From a virus (taxonomy: Duplodnaviria; Caudoviricetes), in the IMG/VR virus record IMGVR_UViG_2886098363_000001, positions 12,318 to 76,317 of that record: a stretch of 64,000 nucleotides of DNA, one strand, 5' to 3'. The notes under the pieces were generated by a model. The model was given only the letters and a program-made list of their open reading frames with translations. It did not search any database and had not been told where the DNA came from. The position numbers and the translations under genes are program-made. Positions 17,350 to 25,697 of the stretch are shown one piece after another (positions within the stretch are counted from its first letter, which is position 1; the number at the start of each line of letters is the position of its first letter).

Positions 17350-17763
17350 GCAGCCTGGAACCCCCTGTGACAAGAGGCTCCAGGCTGGCCACTGTCACCA
17401 GTGGCCTGCCGGTTACGTTATCCGGCGCTGTCTGGTCAGCCGTTCGCGGTGTCGCGCTCTTGCCGCTAATAACAGGTATCCACCCCAGAGTTGCGGACTG
17501 CTCTACCCATGCCGCTTGGTTTATTGACCCTGGCCAGATGCAAAGCTGGCTCCCTACAAGGGGACTCGGGGCGCCATCATTACTGGCGCATGGATTGGCC
17601 GCTTTTAACGGCTGTCGGTCACATCGTTCGCACTCCATGTTGTGTTGAGGTCGCAATAGTCGAGTGATAAATCGTTCACGTTCACACGCCGCTTTCCGAA
17701 TTTACGGGTTATCGGCGCATCCCTACCGGCATCGGGATTCGTGGTTGTGAGCCGGTTCCTGGT

Positions 17764-17775
17764 TGTTAAAGAGCG
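17764..17775 (-). promoter_or_regulatory. boxA antitermination element
   Basis: CGCTCTTTAACA on the minus strand matches the lambdoid boxA consensus. Confidence 0.75.
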
Positions 17776-17874
17776 AGCTCAGCCGAATTTGGCGTGAGCG
17801 AAGCCAAAGCATCCTTGCGGTGCTTGTGAAAGAGGCTTTGGCTACGGCGCTATCAGGGAAGCGCCAGACCCGGG

Positions 17875-18186
17875 TCAGATGGCGTTGCGGTGGAACTCAG
17901 CGCGCCAGTGGAGGAGGGCGCGGCATTTCATGGCGGTCATGGTGCGCACCTTGGCAGACTGGGCGGTGCGGGCTGCGACGAGCTGGTGCCGCTCGGTGGC
18001 CATCATGGCAACCGCCAAGCGTTGCTTGATGGTTCGGCGGCGGGCGGCGTTGCCGTTCAGGCGGTCGGCGATGGCGGCAACGATCTGGTCGGCGCGTTTT
18101 GCGGCTCTGGAAATAGTGACTTTCATCATGTTATCCTTGCGTCTGTTGGCGAGTTGGTCCTCGCTAATTCCCAGTTGATTCGTCAT
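17875..18186 (-). CDS. Basic protein, possible N-like antiterminator
   Basis: First substantial ORF after PL. GNAARRRTIKQRLA resembles the arginine-rich motif of P22 N. An alternative start lies near 18129. Confidence 0.5.
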   Translation of the reverse strand: MTNQLGISEDQLANRRKDNMMKVTISRAAKRADQIVAAIADRLNGNAARRRTIKQRLAVAMMATERHQLVAARTAQSAKVRTMTAMKCRALLHWRAEFHRNAI

Positions 18187-18553
18187 GCTGGGTCCTGATT
18201 GCTGGGGTTGGTCCCTCGGCTTTCACTGACCGGGTGGTACCCGGTCCTTCGAAGCCCGCCTTGTGCGGGCTTTGTCGTTCTTACGCGCTGGTCAGGCGCT
18301 TCACTGCTGCCCTGGTTGGGGCTGGGTCCTGTTGCTGGGTGGTACTCAATTCTTTGCTGGCTTTTTACTCCGCCAGATCCGGAGGTTTGCCGGTTACGTC
18401 TCCGGCCCGGGCTCTCACCGTTCGTGTGGCATTACCCAAGACCTTCACCACGATTGGCCGCCTTCCACGCTGCCCCTTGTTGCTCCCGGCCTTGGGTATT
18501 CCATCTCAGCCCTTTCCAATTTGAACCGGTTGTTGCTGTTTTGGAATGAGCTG

Positions 18554-18601
18554 ATTATTGCCAAATAGAAATGAAAGGTCAATGACGTTCCAAAAAGAAA
18601 T
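18554..18601 (-). promoter_or_regulatory. PL promoter with two overlapping putative CI operators
   Basis: TTGACC(18577-82)-17-AATAAT(18554-59). Operator-like ATTGCCAAATAGAAAT (18557-72) and CGTTCCAAAAAGAAAT (18586-601). Confidence 0.7.
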
Positions 18602-18622
18602 TCATAATTTTTTCAGAGCAAC

Positions 18623-18646
18623 AAAAAGCCCGCCAAGTGGCGGGCT
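18623..18646 (-). terminator. cI terminator
   Basis: AGCCCGCCA-CT-TGGCGGGCT followed by TTTTT. Confidence 0.75.
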
Positions 18647-18669
18647 ATCAATGTGCAGTAGAAGGCAGT

Positions 18670-19281
18670 TCAAGAGGGGAGGCGGATCTCGATAACTTTG
18701 CCTATGGGGAGTAGTTGTTTATCGGTGAGAGAACCTGCACGAGGGTCATCCACGCCATAACGCCAATCTGGTAGGCCCTGGATCGCACGCAGGAACATGA
18801 ACTTGTCGTCCACCTTGGCCAGCATGATCTTGTTGTGTTCTGGCTTGTTATCACTGAGATCAACCAAGCACAAGGCTCCATTGGTAATGCCTGCATCAGC
18901 CAGTTGGTCATTGTCAGCTACCACGGCTATCAGGTGGCCGTCCCTCTCTGTAGCCAGCTTGCGGCCTGTGTCTGCGTGGGGCCAGGCATCGATAGTGGGG
19001 TCTTCCAGTAGCCCAGGCATAGTAAAAACAGGCACCATGCCGGGACCCGCTTCGATGTCACGAATAAGGCTGTCTGCGGAGCGCCCTAGATATAGCCAGA
19101 CAGGGTCAACCTTCAACTGCTTGGCAATGGACATGAGGCTACTTGCTCTAACCTCTCGGCCAGGTTCAGAGAGTATTCGGCTGATCACCGGTGGGGATAT
19201 CCCTGTTTTGCGGCTCAGTTCAGCGGCGCTCACATGTAACTCTTTCATCCTTGCCTGCAATCGTTCCGCAAAGTTTTTCAT
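18670..19281 (-). CDS. cI: CI-like repressor (HTH plus degenerate S24 domain)
   Basis: FAERLQARMKELHVSAAELSRKTGISPPVISRIL HTH, divergent from cro. Confidence 0.88.
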   Translation of the reverse strand: MKNFAERLQARMKELHVSAAELSRKTGISPPVISRILSEPGREVRASSLMSIAKQLKVDPVWLYLGRSADSLIRDIEAGPGMVPVFTMPGLLEDPTIDAWPHADTGRKLATERDGHLIAVVADNDQLADAGITNGALCLVDLSDNKPEHNKIMLAKVDDKFMFLRAIQGLPDWRYGVDDPRAGSLTDKQLLPIGKVIEIRLPS

Positions 19282-19326
19282 CGATTCACCTATTGCATTT
19301 TGTAAACCAAGTCTATCAAGGAGGAA

Positions 19327-19378
19327 ATTTCCAATGGGAGCGGATTGGGTTGCAAAAATTTCCGTTTAGAAATAAAGT
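19327..19378 (+). promoter_or_regulatory. PR promoter with putative operators
   Basis: TTGCAA(19350-55)-17-TAAAGT(19373-78). ATTTCCGTTTAGAAAT (19358-73) and ATTTCCAATGGGAGCG (19327-42) share the consensus seen at PL. Confidence 0.7.
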
Positions 19379-19410
19379 TCGTGTGAGCACCAACCACACG
19401 AGGACCACCT

Positions 19411-19626
19411 ATGCGTATCGACGATGTAACCAAGTTCTTTGGCAATGCGGCCAAGGCGTGCAACGCCATCGGCACGAGCCAATCAAATTTCACCAAGTGG
19501 AGGAAGCTGAACAAGGGCATTGTCCCGGCCCAGCATGCCGTCCAGTTTGTGTTGGCCAGCAATGGCGAGCTGCGACTGGGGCTGGAGGATTACTCCCTCA
19601 GCAAGACCCAAGACCAAGCCGCCTAA
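19411..19626 (+). CDS. cro: Cro-like regulator
   Basis: 71 aa, FFGNAAKACNAIGTSQSNFTKW...VP, divergent from cI. Confidence 0.85.
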   Translation: MRIDDVTKFFGNAAKACNAIGTSQSNFTKWRKLNKGIVPAQHAVQFVLASNGELRLGLEDYSLSKTQDQAA

Positions 19627-19658
19627 CCAGCTGCCCAACCACCAACAGGACCCAAACC

Positions 19659-20444
19659 ATGACCAATTTGATTAGCAAGGCCTTTGAAGGGCACAACATT
19701 CGCATCATTACCGACCAGCAGGGCGAGCCCTGGTTCGTGGCTGCCGATATTGCCAGGGCTTTGGGGTACAACGATGCCGATCAAGCCATCCGCCGCCACT
19801 GCAAGGGTGTGACTAAAGCCCCCGTTGAAACGACGGGGGGTATGCAACGAGTCTCTATCATCCCCGAGCGCGACGTTTACCGCCTCGTCATGCGATCCAA
19901 ACTCGAAAGCGCAGAGCGTTTTGAAGAGTGGGTGGTAGGTGAAGTGTTGCCCAGCATCCGCAAGCATGGCGGCTACATTGCCGGTCAGGAGCAGGATGCG
20001 CCGGAGCTGATCATGGCCAAGGCGCTGATGGTAGCGCAATCCGTGATCGACCGGAAAAGCCAAGAGCTGGCTGCCGCCCAGCAGACCATTGCGGCCAACG
20101 CCCCTGCAGTGGCGTTTGCCGGTCTGGTCGCGGAGGATGACAAGGGCGTTTTGCTCGGGAACTTCGCCAAGGCAATTGGCTTTGGCCCCCGGAAGATTTT
20201 CCCGCTGCTGCACGAGCTGCGCATCCTGATGCAGGGTGGCAATCGTCATAACCTGCCGTTCCAGGAGTATCTGGATCGGGGTTATTTCAAGGTGGTCGAG
20301 AAACCTTATAACGCGAATGGCGAAACCCGCATCAGTTTTATCACGCATGTCACCGGTAAGGGCCAGCAGTGGCTGACCAAGCGTCTGCTCGATCTTGGTT
20401 ACCTTAAGGCTAGCGCGGGCAGCGCTAGCTTGGAGGGGATCTAA
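19659..20444 (+). CDS. BRO-N plus KilAC/ANT antirepressor
   Basis: EPWFVAADIARALGY...FEEWVVGEVLPSIRKHGGY...VTGKGQQWL. Confidence 0.92.
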   Translation: MTNLISKAFEGHNIRIITDQQGEPWFVAADIARALGYNDADQAIRRHCKGVTKAPVETTGGMQRVSIIPERDVYRLVMRSKLESAERFEEWVVGEVLPSIRKHGGYIAGQEQDAPELIMAKALMVAQSVIDRKSQELAAAQQTIAANAPAVAFAGLVAEDDKGVLLGNFAKAIGFGPRKIFPLLHELRILMQGGNRHNLPFQEYLDRGYFKVVEKPYNANGETRISFITHVTGKGQQWLTKRLLDLGYLKASAGSASLEGI

Positions 20445-20446
20445 CC

Positions 20447-20803
20447 ATGTCCAATATTCGTCTTGTTTCATTTTCTGACCAATCCAAGCAGAAGCAAAAA
20501 GTGATAACCAGCAGCAGGCGGAACTATGAGTCCCAGGTCATGGCTTACGGCTCCTACAACCTGATCGAGTTTGTTATCAACAGCATATGCTGCGTCGAGT
20601 GCGTGAACGAGGAGGATCAGGCGCTTATCAGCGAGATGTGCGACTGCCTTGAGCACGCGGCGGACATGCTTAAGGCGCATTTGGGCATTCTTGCTGGGCA
20701 CAAGGTGCCAGCCGAAAAGCGCGAAAAGCTGACCAGCTTTATCAAACGCTGGGAAGAGTGCGCCATCAAGAATGGCGACGCATCTCCAACCACCAAAGCC
20801 TAA
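20447..20803 (+). CDS. Hypothetical protein
   Basis: 118 aa, AT-richer, directly after the antirepressor. Confidence 0.6.
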   Translation: MSNIRLVSFSDQSKQKQKVITSSRRNYESQVMAYGSYNLIEFVINSICCVECVNEEDQALISEMCDCLEHAADMLKAHLGILAGHKVPAEKREKLTSFIKRWEECAIKNGDASPTTKA

Positions 20804-20823
20804 ACCACCAGAGGACCAACCCC

Positions 20824-21213
20824 ATGGGAAGAGTAACGCTCCCCGATCATGAAAATATGAGCACCCGCTCCCCGCTGCGGGTGCGCGGCACCCCAGCTCA
20901 GCGCCAGGTATGGCAGGAAGTAGGCGCCGAGTGTGGCATGACTGAAACCGCATTTGCCCGCACCTCGCTGCTGATCCTGCTCCAGGCAATATCTCAGCAT
21001 GAGCCCGGCATCTTGGCGAGGGCCGTCAAACGGGCCAATCGGAGCCTGCTCGAGCAGGGATTTCCGCCCGTGACCGTCGAGGAGATCCTGGATGGCTCCG
21101 GTCTGCCCGAGCGCGGCCTGCTCCAGTTCAGCCAAGAAGACGAGGCCGCCTACAACGAGGAGCGCCCGCTGCGCCCCCTGCAAAAACTCATCAACTTTGT
21201 CCTCGGGAGGTAA
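20824..21213 (+). CDS. Putative DNA-binding regulator in the cII position
   Basis: 129 aa, ribbon-helix-helix-like LRVRGTPAQRQVWQEVGAECGMTETAFAR. Confidence 0.6.
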   Translation: MGRVTLPDHENMSTRSPLRVRGTPAQRQVWQEVGAECGMTETAFARTSLLILLQAISQHEPGILARAVKRANRSLLEQGFPPVTVEEILDGSGLPERGLLQFSQEDEAAYNEERPLRPLQKLINFVLGR

Positions 21214-21216
21214 CCC

Positions 21217-21435
21217 ATGACCATGCAATTACGTCCGCCGCGCCCGGCATCCCAGCACGTCAGCGATCGCGACAACATCATCCTGAAGTCGGTCATGCAT
21301 GAGCTGGCCCTGGCCCTCGATGAGCCGCTGATTTCGACTGCCCATGCCGCCGGTACCGACCGGCAGGCCCTGCGCCTGGCCCGCGAGCTGGAAGCCCGCA
21401 CCCTGGAGCGTGCCGGGTCGCAGCCCAGCGCATAA
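21217..21435 (+). CDS. Phage hypothetical protein
   Basis: 72 aa with GGAGG RBS. Confidence 0.6.
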   Translation: MTMQLRPPRPASQHVSDRDNIILKSVMHELALALDEPLISTAHAAGTDRQALRLARELEARTLERAGSQPSA

Positions 21436-21485
21436 CCACCATTCGCCTGCCTCACCACCAGGCTTACTGAATCAGGATCTGACCA

Positions 21486-21641
21486 ATGACCAATCCGACC
21501 ATGGCCCATGGGGGCCATTCCTTGCCGCATGATCTCGACCATTGCCCGCTGTGTGGCGGCGAGCTGCAATCCGGTACCCATGACCGCGCTTACGAGTGCC
21601 CCGCCTGTGAGTACACCGAGCAGGAGGTGACCAATGGCTAA
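21486..21641 (+). CDS. Small Zn-ribbon protein (not in the ORF track)
   Basis: My translation: MTNPTMAHGGHSLPHDLDHCPLCGGELQSGTHDRAYECPACEYTEQEVTNG, with two CxxC. Confidence 0.6.
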   Translation: MTNPTMAHGGHSLPHDLDHCPLCGGELQSGTHDRAYECPACEYTEQEVTNG

Positions 21642-21765
21642 TCCGTCATCTGTTGCCACCTGGGAGCTCTATGAGCTCAAGAAGCGTGAATTGCAAGCAA
21701 TGGGGTTATCCCAGCGTGAGTACGAGCTGGCCGTGCGCCAGCTTGCTGATGAGCTGGGGGTGTGA
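21634..21765 (+). CDS. Small conserved phage protein (not in the ORF track)
   Basis: MANPSSVATWELYELKKRELQAMGLSQREYELAVRQLADELGV with a GGAGGT RBS. Confidence 0.65.
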   Translation: MANPSSVATWELYELKKRELQAMGLSQREYELAVRQLADELGV

Positions 21766-21766
21766 G

Positions 21767-22564
21767 ATGAGCATGGCTCTTATGGTTAAGGCGATGAGCA
21801 TCAAGGTAGGTAACCCGCTTCGCAAACTGGTGCTGATCAAGCTGGCAGACAATGCCAGCGACAACGGTGAATGCTGGCCATCACATCAGCATATTGCCGA
21901 TCAGTGTGAGATCTCCCGGCGTTCAGTGATCAATCACATTGAGGCTCTGTGTGAATCCGGCTTGCTGAAAAAAGAGGGTCGATTAGGGCCTAATGGCAAG
22001 AAGTCGAACATGTACGTTTTGAGTCTTGATGGTGCAGGAGCTGCACATCAGAATGTGCAGGAGATTCACCAGGGTGGTGCAGGAGCTGCACATCCGAATG
22101 TGCAGGAGATTCACCAGGGTGGTGCAGGAGCTGCACAAGGGGGTGGTGCAGGAGCTGCACATAGAATCAGTCACTCTTTAGAACCAGTCATTGAACCAGT
22201 AATACCCCCTGTATCCCCCAAGGGGGAAAAATCAAAGCGCGGGACGCGTTTGCCTGATGACTGGAAACTTCCCAAAGCCTGGGGTGAGTGGGCAATGACC
22301 GAGCTTGGCCTGTTGCGAAACCAGATCCTGCTGGAGGCGGAAACTTTCGCCGACTACTGGCAATCACTGCCAGGCGCCAAGGCGGTGAAGCTGGACTGGG
22401 AGAAGACCTGGCGAAACTGGGTCCGTCGCTCCTGCACCAGCCCGTCGCGAAAACCTGCTAACCGCAAACCGGAGCCGCCGATGCCACGGGCCTTTGGCGA
22501 GGACGCTGCCCCGAGCGGCAAGCCATCGGCTCCGGCCTTCCGTCCACGCGCTTTCGGGGAGTGA
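21767..22564 (+). CDS. Replication initiator (lambda O-like, HTH_36)
   Basis: KLVLIKLADNASDNGECWPSHQHIADQCEISRRSV. Contains internal iterons and precedes DnaB. Confidence 0.9.
   Translation: MSMALMVKAMSIKVGNPLRKLVLIKLADNASDNGECWPSHQHIADQCEISRRSVINHIEALCESGLLKKEGRLGPNGKKSNMYVLSLDGAGAAHQNVQEIHQGGAGAAHPNVQEIHQGGAGAAQGGGAGAAHRISHSLEPVIEPVIPPVSPKGEKSKRGTRLPDDWKLPKAWGEWAMTELGLLRNQILLEAETFADYWQSLPGAKAVKLDWEKTWRNWVRRSCTSPSRKPANRKPEPPMPRAFGEDAAPSGKPSAPAFRPRAFGE
22032..22160. repeat. Replication origin iterons inside the initiator gene
   Basis: 4x GTGCAG-GAG-CTGCAC (inverted symmetry) and 2x GTGCAGGAGATTCAC. Confidence 0.85.
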
Positions 22565-22568
22565 TGCC

Positions 22569-23912
22569 ATGAGAAACCAAAACGTTAGCGCCATCGCCCC
22601 GCAACAGGCCGAACACCACCTGAGCGAGCGGCTCTACAGCCACGATGCGGAGTCCTCCGTGCTGGGCTGTGTGCTGCTCGATGCCAGCCTGATGGCCGAG
22701 TGCCGCCTGACCCAGGAGTCGTTCAACTCGCAGGTCCATCGCCGGATCTTTGCCGCCTGTCTGGCGCTGCACCTGAGCCGGACGCCCATCGATCTCATCA
22801 CCCTGCAGGGGGAGCTGGAGCGCCGCAACGAGCTGGACATGATCGGCGGGTTCGCCTACCTGGTCGAGATCGCCAAGAACACCCCAAGCTCGGCGAACTT
22901 CAGCGCCTACCAGGAGATCGTGCAGTCCCGTTACCAGTTGCGTAAGACCTACCTGATGCTGCGTGAGGCCCTGCCGCGGCTGGAGCGCGGCGAGAACGTC
23001 TCTGACGAGCTGGCATCCTCGCTGATGCGCATAGCTCAGCCCAGTGGCCGCTACGAGCATGGTCCGGAGGAGATTGCCAGGGCGGCAGTCGATGCCATCG
23101 AGCGCTACCAGATGGGGCTTGAGCAGGGGGTCACCTACGGGATCCCCGATCTGGATGCGGCCGCCAACGGAGCGCATAACTCGGACCTGGTGATCATCGC
23201 CGCCCGCCCGGCCATGGGGAAAACCGCGCTGCTGCTGAACATGATCCTGGGCGCTCTGGCGGTGCCCGCCGGCCATTCGGTGGGGTTTATCTCAGCCGAG
23301 ATGCCGGTCGCGCAGATTGGCACCCGGATCTGCTGCATGGATGGCCGCGTGAACAGCCACAAGATGCGCACCGGCCAGTTGGATGACGAGGACTGGGCGC
23401 GGCTGACGGCCGCCACCGGGCGCCTGATTGGCTCCAAGCTGCGGGTGTTCGACAAGTCCGGGGTGAGCATTGGCGAGATTGAGCGGCTCGCCCGGCGCTG
23501 GAAGCACGAGCACGGCCTGACGGCGCTCTACGTGGATTACCTGCAGCGCATCAAGGGGGTGAACCCCAACGCCGAGCGCTGGCAGCAGGTGGGGGACAAC
23601 GTCATGCGGCTCAAGGAGCTGGCCCGCGAGCTGGATATCCCGGTGATCTGCCTGGCCCAGGTGAACCGGGCCTGCGAAGAACGTGGCAACAAGCGGCCCG
23701 GCATGGGGGACATCGCCAACTCGTCCGAGGTCGAGAAGGAGGCCGACCAGATCATGGTGTTGTATCGGGATGAGGTCTACGACGAGAACAGCACCGACAA
23801 GGGGACCGCCGAGATCAACTACGTGAAGAATCGCCACGGCCCGACCGGGGTGGTGCGGGTGCGCTGGCAGGCGCCATTCATGCGGTTCTGCAACCTGAAG
23901 GAGGAATACTGA
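22569..23912 (+). CDS. dnaB: DnaB-like replicative helicase
   Basis: AARPAMGKT Walker A, VDYLQ, LAQVNR, SSEVEKEAD, KNRHGPTG. Confidence 0.95.
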   Translation: MRNQNVSAIAPQQAEHHLSERLYSHDAESSVLGCVLLDASLMAECRLTQESFNSQVHRRIFAACLALHLSRTPIDLITLQGELERRNELDMIGGFAYLVEIAKNTPSSANFSAYQEIVQSRYQLRKTYLMLREALPRLERGENVSDELASSLMRIAQPSGRYEHGPEEIARAAVDAIERYQMGLEQGVTYGIPDLDAAANGAHNSDLVIIAARPAMGKTALLLNMILGALAVPAGHSVGFISAEMPVAQIGTRICCMDGRVNSHKMRTGQLDDEDWARLTAATGRLIGSKLRVFDKSGVSIGEIERLARRWKHEHGLTALYVDYLQRIKGVNPNAERWQQVGDNVMRLKELARELDIPVICLAQVNRACEERGNKRPGMGDIANSSEVEKEADQIMVLYRDEVYDENSTDKGTAEINYVKNRHGPTGVVRVRWQAPFMRFCNLKEEY

Positions 23913-24091
23913 TGGACGCTATTGCTGTGCCAGCAAGCCAGATCTTGCAAGAGTGGGAGGCTGAGATGCGCATCAGGGCGAAGTTGACACTACCAGAGTT
24001 GGCAGCTCGGGAGCGCCAGCAACGCATGGTCAGAGAACGGGAGATATCCCGTGCCTTTGGGCGGCGCTATCGCATCGAGGAGGATTGCTGA
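23912..24091 (+). CDS. Small hypothetical protein (not in the ORF track)
   Basis: 59 aa beginning MDAIAVPASQILQEWEAE. Its ATG overlaps the dnaB stop. Confidence 0.55.
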   Translation: MDAIAVPASQILQEWEAEMRIRAKLTLPELAARERQQRMVREREISRAFGRRYRIEEDC

Positions 24092-24092
24092 C

Positions 24093-24395
24093 ATGTTCAA
24101 TCCTGACGTGAGTGCCGCGGTCGTGGCCGCGAAATTCTGCCGGGTGGTGATCTATCCGCCCGTTCGGGGTTGGTGCGGGGAGCGTGTGCAGCTGGAGGTG
24201 GCCGACGAGATCGACGCGCTGGGCCACACCGACCAGCTGCGTGGCGCAGGGCATTGGCTGGTGCAAAGCACGACGCCGGAGCGAGTGGCGGAGGAGGCTG
24301 CACGGCTGAGAGCCGCGCCAGTGCTGGTGTTGCGGTGTAGTGCTTCGTTTGGGGCTGTGGATAACTTCGAAGGGGAGGGCCTTGCCAACCAGTGA
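24093..24395 (+). CDS. Phage hypothetical protein
   Basis: 100 aa with GAGGAGG RBS. Confidence 0.6.
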   Translation: MFNPDVSAAVVAAKFCRVVIYPPVRGWCGERVQLEVADEIDALGHTDQLRGAGHWLVQSTTPERVAEEAARLRAAPVLVLRCSASFGAVDNFEGEGLANQ

Positions 24396-24470
24396 CACAG
24401 GGGGTAGCGCCCCGTACCATTGCCAGTGCCGGACCTAGACCACCCGGCCGTTGACCAAAGGACCCAGACC

Positions 24471-24764
24471 ATGACCAAACCGCATACCCGAGATCTCTCC
24501 ATCGCGACCCAACTTGGCCGCGTGATTGCGATCATGAGCGACGGAAAAGCCCGTACCCTGCGCGACATCGAGCGCGAGTGCTGGAGCCGCTACGGCCACG
24601 CCGACACCCAGGCCGCCATCAGCGCCCGCCTGCGCGAAGTCAGCTGCCACGGCTGGGTGAAACATTCCAGCAATCAGGTCATCGACGGCAAGCAGGTGTG
24701 GCATTACCGCATCGAGCTGCCTCCCACCACCGAGGCCGTTGCGGCTAAGGCGGTGGCAGCATGA
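24471..24764 (+). CDS. Putative winged-helix protein
   Basis: RTLRDIERECWSRYGHADTQAAISARLRE. Confidence 0.7.
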   Translation: MTKPHTRDLSIATQLGRVIAIMSDGKARTLRDIERECWSRYGHADTQAAISARLREVSCHGWVKHSSNQVIDGKQVWHYRIELPPTTEAVAAKAVAA

Positions 24765-24940
24765 GATTCACCCACGCTATCGCAGCCGTTCTGGCCGCCA
24801 CTGCTGCCCAATCGCCCTGGTTCAACCCGCTTGATTTCAAGCCTGGCCATGGCTTCTGCATCCCCAACCCGCGCAATGACCGGGCCGCACAGCGTCAGCG
24901 TGCCGCCTCCAAGCGCCGCAACAAAGCCAAGCGGGGGTGA
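24761..24940 (+). CDS. Small basic hypothetical protein (not in the ORF track)
   Basis: 59 aa from MRFTHAIAAVLA to KRRNKAKRG, with ATGA coupling. Confidence 0.55.
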   Translation: MRFTHAIAAVLAATAAQSPWFNPLDFKPGHGFCIPNPRNDRAAQRQRAASKRRNKAKRG

Positions 24941-24942
24941 GC

Positions 24943-25383
24943 ATGAGCTACCCCAAGTATTTTCTGCGCAGCCCCGATATCCGGGCCCGCGCCAGCCAGT
25001 TGGTTGCCAGCCTGCCGGTTGACCAGGACAAGCCGCTGGTCATCGAGATCAAGGAGCTGACCCGGACCCTGGCCCAGAACGCTCTGTTTTGGGCGGTAAT
25101 GACCGACATCGCCGAGCAGGTCAACTGGCACGGCCGCAAGCTCTCCAAGGAGGACTGGAAGCACGTTCTCTCCGCCGCCCTGTACCAGCAGGACGTGGTG
25201 CCGAACATCGACGGCAATGGCTTCGTGGTGCTGGGTAAGTCCACTTCCAAGATGACCGTGCGCGAGATGCGCGATCTCATTGAGCTGGCCCAATCCTTCG
25301 GCGCCCAGCAGGGCGTGAAGTTCGGGGATGAATCCCGCCGAGGTTTCGACTGGGTGGCGGCCTACGGGAGGGCTGCAGCATGA
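24943..25383 (+). CDS. ninB: NinB-family recombination protein
   Basis: RTLAQNALFWAVMTDIAEQVNWHGRKLSKEDWK...STSKMTVREMRDLIE. Confidence 0.92.
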   Translation: MSYPKYFLRSPDIRARASQLVASLPVDQDKPLVIEIKELTRTLAQNALFWAVMTDIAEQVNWHGRKLSKEDWKHVLSAALYQQDVVPNIDGNGFVVLGKSTSKMTVREMRDLIELAQSFGAQQGVKFGDESRRGFDWVAAYGRAAA

Positions 25384-25697
25384 GCAAGACCAAGGCTGAT
25401 AAGCAGTGGTTGGACGATGTGAGCTCTCTGTGCTGCATTGCTTGCCGAAATGCTGGCCTGGGGGCGAGCCTCGCCGAAATTCACCATGTGCGCTCTGGCG
25501 CCGGGATGGCGCAGCGCTCTGCTCACACCCAGGTGCTGCCTCTTTGCCCTCGCCATCATCGCGCCTGCTACCCCACCGGCTTCCACGCCGCACCGCGCAC
25601 ATGGCAGCAGGAGCACGGCAGCGAGGAGGCCCTGCTGGAGCAGGTAGCCAGAGAAGTCACCGAACTGCGCAAGAACACCATCGGGAGGGCGGCATGA
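25380..25697 (+). CDS. Ref/DUF968-like HNH nuclease
   Basis: CIAC...EIHH...LPLCPRHH. Confidence 0.8.
   Translation: MSKTKADKQWLDDVSSLCCIACRNAGLGASLAEIHHVRSGAGMAQRSAHTQVLPLCPRHHRACYPTGFHAAPRTWQQEHGSEEALLEQVAREVTELRKNTIGRAA

Noticed and set aside
17073-17656. ORFs 17073-17321, 17125-17373, 17156-17527, 17273-17656 and the 35-aa N-terminal extension of 16550-17242
   Set aside because: They are low-complexity translations of the GGC-NN arrays. The clear RBS (GAGGA) supports the start at 17137.
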